A stretch of 64,000 nucleotides of DNA, taken from positions 576,001-640,000 of the forward strand of contig CAXXWS020000002.1 in assembly GCA_963665325.3 (NCBI GenBank), written 5' to 3'. The stretch is from Alphaproteobacteria bacterium. GTDB taxonomy: Bacteria; Pseudomonadota; Alphaproteobacteria; Bin95. Position 1 is the first letter of the stretch, and the number at the start of each line of letters is the position of its first letter. A program made the translations under genes and the position numbers. The notes below the pieces were generated by a model that did no database searches, was not told where the DNA came from, and was given only the letters and a program-made list of their open reading frames with translations. Of this stretch, positions 56,835 to 64,000 are shown one piece after another.

Positions 56835-57248
56835 ATGGCTGAGGAAACCACCATCGAGAAGCTGTGCCGTGAAAAGCATCTGCGCCTGACCGGCCAGCGC
56901 AGGGTGGTGGCGCGCGTTCTCTCCGACAGCCCCGATCACCCGGATGTCGATACCGTCTATCGCCGCGCGAGCCGGATCGACACGAATATCTCCATCGCAA
57001 CCGTCTATCGGACGCTCAAGCTGTTCGAGGACGCCAATGTGCTGACTCGACATGACTTCGGCGGCGGGCGGGCGCGCTACGAGGAGGCAGGCGACCATCA
57101 CGACCACCTGATCGACATCGAGACAGGGGTTGTGAAGGAGTTTTACGACGCTGAACTCGAGGAGATGAAAAGCCGGATTGCCGAGCGGCTCGGTTTCGAT
57201 CTGGTCGATCATCGCCTGGAGCTCTATGGCCGTCGCCGTCGCGGGTAG
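56835..57248 (+). CDS. fur: Fur-family transcriptional regulator
   Basis: RLTGQRRV, DHPD, ISIATVYRT, HHDHLID, HRLELYG. Confidence 0.92.
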   Translation: MAEETTIEKLCREKHLRLTGQRRVVARVLSDSPDHPDVDTVYRRASRIDTNISIATVYRTLKLFEDANVLTRHDFGGGRARYEEAGDHHDHLIDIETGVVKEFYDAELEEMKSRIAERLGFDLVDHRLELYGRRRRG

Positions 57249-58935
57249 CGTACGGCACCGGGCAAGGCCAGCCTCGACGCCGGACGGTTGGGCCTGGGTA
57301 ACCTTGGCGGTTGCCGCGCTGGCGGCCGTGCCGATCCTTTCGGTTATCTGGACGGCGTTCACGCCGACCCTCGACATCTGGCGTCATCTGGCTGCGACCG
57401 TTCTGCCGGACTATATCTGGAACTCCTTCCTGCTGGCCGTCGGCGTGGCGCTGGGCACGGCATTGCTCGGCGTTGCGACCGCTTGGCTGGTCACCATGCA
57501 CCGGTTTCCGGGAAGCCGTGCTTTCGATTGGCTGCTGCTGCTGCCGCTGGCCATGCCGGCTTACGTGGTCGCCTATGTCTACACCGACCTGCTCGAATAT
57601 GCCGGCGCCGTGCAGGTCTTCTTGCGCGCGTTGTTCGGCTGGACGACCTCGCAGGATTACTGGTTCCCCGAAATCCGCTCGCTCGGCGGCGCCGTCTCGC
57701 TATTCTCACTTGTGCTCTATCCATATGTCTATCTCGTCTCCAAGGCTGCCTTCATCGAACAGAACATTTGTGTGCTGGAAGTGAGCCGTTTGCTCGGTTG
57801 CACGCCCTGGCAGGCATTCCGGCGCGTCGCACTACCGCTGGCGCGCCCGGCGGTGGCCATCGGTGTCATTCTCGCTCTCATGGAAACCCTGAACGATCTG
57901 GGCGCAGTCGAGTTCTTTGCGCTGCGTACCTTCACGGTCGGAATCTTCGATGTCTGGATGAATATGGGCAATGCGGCGGGTGCCTCCCAACTGGCGCTCG
58001 TGCTGTTGATCGTCATAGCCGGATTGATATGGGCGGAACGCGCGGCCCGCCGCCGCCGCCGGTTCCACCATACGAGCGGGCGCTACCGGCGCCTCGACCC
58101 GCAGCGCCTCTCCGGGCGGGCGGCAGGCGTCGCCTTCATTGTCTGCGCGCTTCCCGTGCTGCTGGGCTTCCTTCTGCCGTCGGCAGTGTTGGCCTGGTAT
58201 GCGGTCACGGCCTGGGAGCCGGACCGGCTGCCGGACTTCCTGCTGTTCGCCGAGCACAGCCTGACCCTGGCTGGCATTGCGGCGCTGGCGGCCTCGGCAT
58301 TCGGTCTGGTGCTCGCCTATGGCGCGAGGGCCGGCGCGCCGCCTTTGGCACAGGGGGCGGCGCGCTTCGTCTCGCTCGGATATGCCGTGCCGGGCGCCGT
58401 TCTCGCGCTCGGCGTGATGATCCCGCTCGCCGGCCTCGACCGGACAATCGATGCCTTCGCGCGGGCGGAGTTCGGCACTTCCACGGGATTGCTGTTCAGC
58501 GGGACGCTCTTTGCAGTATCGGCGGCGCTCACGGTGCGTTTCCTGGCTCTCGCTTACGGCACCAGCGACGCCGGCCTCTCGAAGGTGACGCCGAATATCG
58601 ACAGTGCGGCCCGCACGCTTGGCCACGGGCCCTTTTCCCGCCTCAAGCGCGTGCACCTGCCCATCGTGCGCGGCAGCGTGCTCACGGGTGCGCTCCTGGT
58701 CTTCGTCGACTCGATGAAGGAACTGCCCATGACGTTGATCTTGAGGCCCTTCAACTACGAGACGCTGGCGACCAATGTCTATCAGTTCGCCTCGGATGAA
58801 CTGCTTGAGGAATGTGCGCTTTCGGCGCTGGCAATCGTGCTGGCCGGCGTGGTGCCGGTGGTGCTGCTGACCCGCATCATCAGGCAGTCGCGCGCGGGAG
58901 AGGAGCTGATTCCGCACCGGCAGGAAGAGCAGTAG
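57226..58935 (+). CDS. Fe(III) ABC transporter permease (FbpB/FutB-like)
   Basis: PLAMPAYV.AY.Y, YPYVY, two EAA-like loops, MKELP.TL.LRP. Confidence 0.9.
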   Translation: MAVAVAGSVRHRARPASTPDGWAWVTLAVAALAAVPILSVIWTAFTPTLDIWRHLAATVLPDYIWNSFLLAVGVALGTALLGVATAWLVTMHRFPGSRAFDWLLLLPLAMPAYVVAYVYTDLLEYAGAVQVFLRALFGWTTSQDYWFPEIRSLGGAVSLFSLVLYPYVYLVSKAAFIEQNICVLEVSRLLGCTPWQAFRRVALPLARPAVAIGVILALMETLNDLGAVEFFALRTFTVGIFDVWMNMGNAAGASQLALVLLIVIAGLIWAERAARRRRRFHHTSGRYRRLDPQRLSGRAAGVAFIVCALPVLLGFLLPSAVLAWYAVTAWEPDRLPDFLLFAEHSLTLAGIAALAASAFGLVLAYGARAGAPPLAQGAARFVSLGYAVPGAVLALGVMIPLAGLDRTIDAFARAEFGTSTGLLFSGTLFAVSAALTVRFLALAYGTSDAGLSKVTPNIDSAARTLGHGPFSRLKRVHLPIVRGSVLTGALLVFVDSMKELPMTLILRPFNYETLATNVYQFASDELLEECALSALAIVLAGVVPVVLLTRIIRQSRAGEELIPHRQEEQ

Positions 58936-58943
58936 CGGCGGCT

Positions 58944-61193
58944 CTACTGCATTTCCCGATTCCGCTGTCTGAGGGCGCGCCAGACGCGCTCGGGGGTTGC
59001 CGGCATCTGGACGTCGGGGGCGCCGGCTGAGGCAAGCGCGTCCGCCACGGCGTTCATTGCCGCCGGCAGAGCGGCCGTGGTGCCGCTTTCGCCGACGCCC
59101 TTTACACCCAGCGGATTGGTGAGGCAGGGCGTCGGACGCCGCTCCAGTGCGAAGGACGGGATGTCGGCCGCCCGGGGCAGGGCATAATCCATGAAGGAGC
59201 CGGAGAGAAGCTGTCCGGTTTCGCCGTCGTAAACGATGTGCTCCATCAGCGCCTGTCCGACACCCTGCACGATGCCGCCGTGAAGCTGGCCATCCAGCAG
59301 CATGGGGTTCACCGCAACGCCCGCATCGTTGACCAGGCTGTAGCGCTCCAGGAAGACCCGGCCGGTCTCGGGGTCGATTTCGACCTCGGCTACATGGGTG
59401 CCATTCGGGAAGCTGTAGGTACGCGCGATGAAGTGGCCCGATGCATCCAGTCCCATGTCCATGTCCTCAGCGAGAAAGGCAGGGTCGAAGCTGGCCGCCG
59501 CCACCTCCTGTAGAGCGACCTGCCTGTCCGTGCCGACGACCTCGAAGGCGCCCCGCTCGAAGGCGATATCGGCCTCGCTCGCCTCCATCATGGCGGCGGC
59601 GATGCGCCGGCCCTTCTCCACGATGCGTTCGCTCGCGCGGACCATCGCCGCGCCCGCCACCGTCGTCACGCGCGAGCCGCCGGCGCCGCTGCCGCGCCCG
59701 ACAAGATCGCTGTCGCCGGTCAGCACGCGAACGGCATCGACCGGCAGCCCGAGTTGCTCTGCGGCGATTTGCGAGAATGTCGTTGCGAAACCCTGGCCGT
59801 TGCTGGACGCGGTGAGCGTGACGGTCAGCAGGCCCTCTTCGTCGAAGCGCATCGTCACGCGCCCGTCCTTGTAGCCGTCGGGCTCCGTATAGGAGGCAAA
59901 GCCGAAACCGCGCAGCCGCCCGGCGGCCTCGCTCTCCCGCCGCCTTTCCGCGAAACCTGCGCGGTCGGCCAGTTCTAGCGCTGCGTCCAGATTGCCGGCG
60001 AAGTCGCCGCTGTCATAGACGAGGCCGGTCGGCGTGTGCCAGGGCATCTCCTCCGGGCGGATCATGTTTCGCCGGCGCAGCTCCGCCGGGTCGATGGCGA
60101 GCCTGCGCGCGGCCTCGTCCACAAGCCGTTCGACGATATAGCCGTATTCCGGCTTGCCGGCGCCCCGGTATGCGGTGACCGGCGTCGTGTGACTGAGCCT
60201 GCAGACCGTTTCTGCATGGACCGCCGGGATGCGGTACACATTGGCCAGCATCCGCGATCCGCCGTCGGTCGGAATGACCGGGCCGGCCCCGGTGGCGTAT
60301 GCGCCCAGATCGGAACGGGTCGATGTCCGGATTGCAAGAAAGCGTCCTTCGGCGTCCAGCGCGAGTTCCGCCTCCGTGTCATGGTCGCGGGCGTGGTAAT
60401 CCGAGAGGAAGGACTCGGTGCGCTCGTCGATCCATTTCAGCGGCCGTCCAAGCTGCCGGGCCGCGTGGGCGAGCAGGACCTGTTCGGCGAAGATGCCGTT
60501 CTTCATGCCGAAGCCGCCGCCGACATCGGGGGTTATCACGCGCACGTCCGCGCGCGCCGCGCCGAGAGCCTTCGCCAGCGCTTCCTGCACCTGGCCTGGC
60601 CCCTGGGTCGGCGCAATCAGCGTGTAGCGGCCGTCCCGCGCGTCCCACTCGGCAAGCGCGCCCCGAGTTTCCAGCGGTGCGGCGCTGACCCGGTTGTTCG
60701 CGAGGCTTATGCGGACCCAGTGCGCGGCTCCCGCGAACAGCGCTTCGACGCCCGCAGCGTCCCCCCGCACCCACTCGAACAAGGTTTCGGTCTCCGCCGG
60801 GAGCGGGCGGAAGTCCACGACGACCGCCTCAGCCATGTCGCGCGCTGCCGCTGCCGTTTCCGCGACGGCCATTGCGACGATCTCGCCGGCGTAGCGCGCC
60901 CGTTCGCGCGCCAGCGCGGGAAAGGGCGGCGGCACCAGAGGTGTCCCGTCGCGCCGCCGCACCGGCGACCGGTTGTCGAGCGGCCCGGTTTCGAGACCAT
61001 CGCGCAGCAGGGCGACCGCGCCCGGCACTTTCAGCGCCTCGCGGTCATCCACATTGAGGATATCGGCGTGGGCATGGGGCGAGCGCACGAAGCGGACCCA
61101 TGCCTGGCCCGCGAGGACCATGTCGTCGGTGAAGCGCCCGTGGCCCGTGAGAAGCGCAGCGTCCTCAAGACGCGGGAGGCTCCGGCCAATCAC
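58944..61193 (-). CDS. Xanthine dehydrogenase/CoxL-family molybdopterin-binding subunit
   Basis: RSPHAHA, VGGGFG.K, AYRGAG, GQLHGG..QG.G, KGVGE. Confidence 0.92.
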   Translation of the reverse strand: MIGRSLPRLEDAALLTGHGRFTDDMVLAGQAWVRFVRSPHAHADILNVDDREALKVPGAVALLRDGLETGPLDNRSPVRRRDGTPLVPPPFPALARERARYAGEIVAMAVAETAAAARDMAEAVVVDFRPLPAETETLFEWVRGDAAGVEALFAGAAHWVRISLANNRVSAAPLETRGALAEWDARDGRYTLIAPTQGPGQVQEALAKALGAARADVRVITPDVGGGFGMKNGIFAEQVLLAHAARQLGRPLKWIDERTESFLSDYHARDHDTEAELALDAEGRFLAIRTSTRSDLGAYATGAGPVIPTDGGSRMLANVYRIPAVHAETVCRLSHTTPVTAYRGAGKPEYGYIVERLVDEAARRLAIDPAELRRRNMIRPEEMPWHTPTGLVYDSGDFAGNLDAALELADRAGFAERRRESEAAGRLRGFGFASYTEPDGYKDGRVTMRFDEEGLLTVTLTASSNGQGFATTFSQIAAEQLGLPVDAVRVLTGDSDLVGRGSGAGGSRVTTVAGAAMVRASERIVEKGRRIAAAMMEASEADIAFERGAFEVVGTDRQVALQEVAAASFDPAFLAEDMDMGLDASGHFIARTYSFPNGTHVAEVEIDPETGRVFLERYSLVNDAGVAVNPMLLDGQLHGGIVQGVGQALMEHIVYDGETGQLLSGSFMDYALPRAADIPSFALERRPTPCLTNPLGVKGVGESGTTAALPAAMNAVADALASAGAPDVQMPATPERVWRALRQRNREMQ

Positions 61194-62080
61194 CGCATGC
61201 GCCCGCGCAGGAAAGTCCCGGCCCGCGCGATCGCCTCGCCCGCCTCGTCCAGCACCGGCGCGAACAGGTGCCAGACATGCATCATGTCATGCGCGACATC
61301 GAGGCTGACATCGACGCCCGCTGTGCGGGCCCGCTCCGCAAGCCGGAGCGAGTCGTCGAGCAATACCTCCGCGGTGCCGACCTGGATCAGCAGCGGCGGC
61401 AATCCCGAGAGATCGGCGTAAATCGGTGCGGCGAGCGGTGCGCGGGTGTCGGCGCCCGCCAGGTAGCGCTCCGAGAACCAGAGCAGCGCTTCATGGTTCA
61501 AGGTCGGGTCCTCGTCCTCCTTGGCCGCCATCGAGGCGCCGACCCCCTCCATATCGACCCAGGGCGAAAGGCAAAGCCCGGCCGCCGGCATCGGCTGGCC
61601 CCGATAGCGCAGCGCGACCAGCGCGGCGACGGTCAGCCCGCCTCCGGCAGAATCGCCTGCGATGCAGAGCCGTTCGGGCCCAAAACCCTCGTCGAGCAGC
61701 CAGCAATAGGCGTTGACGGCATCGTCCACGGCTGCCGGGAAGGGAGACTCGGGCGCAAGGCGGTAATCGAGAAGCAGCACCCTTGCCTTCGAAGCGGCAG
61801 AGAGGTTGTAGGCGAGGTTGCGGTGCGTGTCGCAGGAGCCGATGACATAGCCGCCGCCATGCAGGTAGAGCACTGCGCGGTCCGATAGGCAGCCGGGCGC
61901 AGCAACCCATTCCGCAGGGCGGTCGGCGACGGTGACGGGCGTGACATCCGCATCTGCCGGAGCGGGAAACCGCTCCCCCACTTCCGCGATGCGCGCGCGC
62001 ATTTCGGGCACCGTCGGGTTCGTGGGCTTGCCGCGTTCCCAAAGCAGGGTCTTCAGGGCCGCCAACTGCTCGGAACTCAT
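61190..62080 (-). CDS. HSL-family esterase/alpha-beta hydrolase
   Basis: HGGG, YRLAPE, GDSAGG, HVW. Confidence 0.92.
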   Translation of the reverse strand: MSSEQLAALKTLLWERGKPTNPTVPEMRARIAEVGERFPAPADADVTPVTVADRPAEWVAAPGCLSDRAVLYLHGGGYVIGSCDTHRNLAYNLSAASKARVLLLDYRLAPESPFPAAVDDAVNAYCWLLDEGFGPERLCIAGDSAGGGLTVAALVALRYRGQPMPAAGLCLSPWVDMEGVGASMAAKEDEDPTLNHEALLWFSERYLAGADTRAPLAAPIYADLSGLPPLLIQVGTAEVLLDDSLRLAERARTAGVDVSLDVAHDMMHVWHLFAPVLDEAGEAIARAGTFLRGRMR

Positions 62081-62221
62081 CTGGACACCATCTCCGTCAT
62101 GCCTGTCGCCCCTTGGTCCCGGAGCGAGACCCGATCTTACCCCACCGCGACAGAAATTGTGCGACCGCCGGCAGTCCCAACTCGGGCTGCGGCAACGCTC
62201 CGTGCGAAGTGTCACGGAATG

Positions 62222-63202
62222 TCATGATCTGTCATGGTCTGGCGCGGAACCGGCGCCGTCGGGCCCGGTCTTCCTTCCCCTCTTCTTCTTTTTCTTTTTC
62301 GTCGCCGGTCCACTCAAGTCGCCGTCTTCTCCGCCGCCCCGTTCTTCCCGATCGAGGCGGTTCCGCGTTCGCTGCCCGACCTCCTCCGGGGCCCAGGGGT
62401 CGTAGATTTCGGCGTAGCCGTTGCGGCGTTGGTATAGCCAGTCGTGCTCGGCGCCGTCGGCTCTGTCACCGTCGATCCTGTCCTCGTCGCCGGACCCTTC
62501 GCCGCCTGCCCACGGGCAGTCTTCGTAGGTCTCCTCAGGCGGGTCGTCGGCGGGGGGCCGGTCTTCGGGCGAAGCCGGTTCGGGAGCCTCGAAGCAGACG
62601 GGCAGTCGCGTCCGCTCCTCGACGACCCCGGCGAGCCTGCGGGCAACCTCGTCATGCGCGTCCCGGTCGAAGCCCTCCTGCGCCTCAAGCTCCTCCCGGC
62701 TCTCGCGGTGGCGCGCGAGCGCGCATCGGGCGCGGTCGCGTCCGCTGCGCACGGCCTCGGCGAGCGGCCCCGGCTCAGTGCCGGCCTCCTGCGCCTCGCC
62801 CGCTTCGATCTCTCCGAACTCGTCCTCGTGCGGCATTGGCCAGAGCCCCGCACGGCGCACGGCCGTCGGCCCCGTAAGCCCTGCAATCTCGGCCTGGAAG
62901 CGCAGCACCCGCAGCATCGTGTAGGCCGAGCCGCTGGCGACGGCCGCGTCCCACGCCTGCTCCAGCCGGGCAAGCAGGATACGGGCCTCGTCCCTCTCGG
63001 TGCGCTTCCACGACAGGCGGATGCGCCGCAGCCGTTCGACAATGTAGGGTCGTTCCAATAAGGCGCAGCCGGTCTGGCGGGCGGAGCGCTCGGAGTAGCC
63101 CGCCTGCCTTGCAGCGTCTGCGGCATTGCCGGAGACCGCATAGTGGCGGCAGAAGGCCTCCTGGCGTGTGGACAGCGCAACGGCGGGTTGGATGATGGGC
63201 AT
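62222..63202 (-). CDS. Orphan protein with an N-terminal terminase-small-subunit-like HTH
   Basis: LSTRQEAFCRHY..GNA..AARQAGYS.RSA; low-complexity tail with KKKKKKRGRK. Confidence 0.7.
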   Translation of the reverse strand: MPIIQPAVALSTRQEAFCRHYAVSGNAADAARQAGYSERSARQTGCALLERPYIVERLRRIRLSWKRTERDEARILLARLEQAWDAAVASGSAYTMLRVLRFQAEIAGLTGPTAVRRAGLWPMPHEDEFGEIEAGEAQEAGTEPGPLAEAVRSGRDRARCALARHRESREELEAQEGFDRDAHDEVARRLAGVVEERTRLPVCFEAPEPASPEDRPPADDPPEETYEDCPWAGGEGSGDEDRIDGDRADGAEHDWLYQRRNGYAEIYDPWAPEEVGQRTRNRLDREERGGGEDGDLSGPATKKKKKKRGRKTGPDGAGSAPDHDRS

Positions 63203-63591
63203 GGGGTGCGGCTCCTTCGTTCCGCTGGCGTTCGATATGGAAAGCCCGGCTGCGGTGCGGGACCGCGCCGGGCCGGGAGGACGGCGTTGACGGACAGACA
63301 GGCCGCCCGTCTCCGGAGCGACCCTGTTTCGCGCGTATCGCGGGCGGGCGCGGGCGCGTGTTGGCGCCGGCGCGGTTCGCGCGCCTGATTGCGCGCGCGA
63401 GCCGGAGGGCGCACTTCACCTGTCTGCAGAATCAGGGTCGTTCCGCGCCGGGCCGACGCGAAAGGAAGCGGTCCGCGCGGACGCCGCCTCCCTCGAACCT
63501 ATCTTAGCAGGATTTTACAGAATACAAGTCTTGTTGAGGAATTTAATTCCATTAACTCGCAACAAATTGCCGAAATCGGTCCCTCGAACCG

Positions 63592-64000
63592 TCAACCCAC
63601 CTGGTTTCTCGGCACGTCGCGGAAGGGGCGGTCGGTGTCGTGGCGAACCTCCTTGGGCATGGAGAGGATACGCTCGGAGATGATGTTGCGCTGGATCTCG
63701 TCCGTGCCGCCGGCAATGGAGATGGCGGGAGTCGAGACGAGGATTTCCGCAACCACGCCGCCTGTGCCGTCATCGTCGCCGGTGAGCATGGCGTCGGGAC
63801 CGGCGATCATTGTGTGCGCCTTCGCGCAGGCACGCGCGACGATGCTGGCGGCGAGCTTGCCGATCGAGCCTTCCGGCCCTTGCGGCCGGCCCATCTGCTG
63901 CGCCTCGCGGGCCCGCCGCGCCGTCCATTCGGCGGTCCGCGCAAGCGTCAGCGCCTTTGCGATTTCCTGGCGCACGGCCGGGTCTTCCCAGCGGCCGGCC
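63592..64000 (-). CDS. Acyl-CoA dehydrogenase, 3' end (partial)
   Basis: GPEGSIGKL, IAGGTDEIQRNIISERIL.MPKE. Confidence 0.9.
   Translation of the reverse strand, partial: AGRWEDPAVRQEIAKALTLARTAEWTARRAREAQQMGRPQGPEGSIGKLAASIVARACAKAHTMIAGPDAMLTGDDDGTGGVVAEILVSTPAISIAGGTDEIQRNIISERILSMPKEVRHDTDRPFRDVPRNQVG

Noticed and set aside
50111-61193. aroC-fabI-tim44-fxsA-secB and fur-permease clusters
   Set aside because: Ordinary alphaproteobacterial housekeeping context; the lone permease and lone Mo subunit probably use partners encoded elsewhere

Overview
GC-rich DNA from an alphaproteobacterium (judged from the tim44/fxsA/secB synteny, RepC and fabI-aroC). Host metabolic and housekeeping genes occupy 1-4732 and 49642-64000. 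Between them lies a ~44.9 kb integrated element (4738-49641) that splits a CaiB/BaiF CoA-transferase gene. Its junctions show a shared AGGCT core and a 13-bp inverted repeat that rebuild into a symmetric serine-integrase attP. The element looks like a plasmid/ICE hybrid. It has a large serine recombinase and a RepC replicon operon with serially duplicated modules (extra RepC-C-like domains, four ParB-like paralogs, an HTH/Zn-finger repeat protein). It also has a long co-oriented 'leading-region' gene set (tandem SLOG protein, two toprims, ParB, GHKL ATPase, DUF2958, RadC, strawberry-notch, PAPS reductase, two SSBs), two TA modules and the start of a type IVb pilus operon. A near-consensus promoter just inside attR would face pilN only after excision. 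Two inverted copies of a 4384-bp four-gene transposon (Zn/HTH protein, DDE transposase, ExeA-like ATPase, RepA-like helicase followed by origin-like repeats) have hit the element. One has a clean 5-bp TSD; the other has mismatched flanks, consistent with loss of the conjugation genes. No rRNA, tRNA or CRISPR array was seen. Family assignments come from motifs read by eye, not from database searches.
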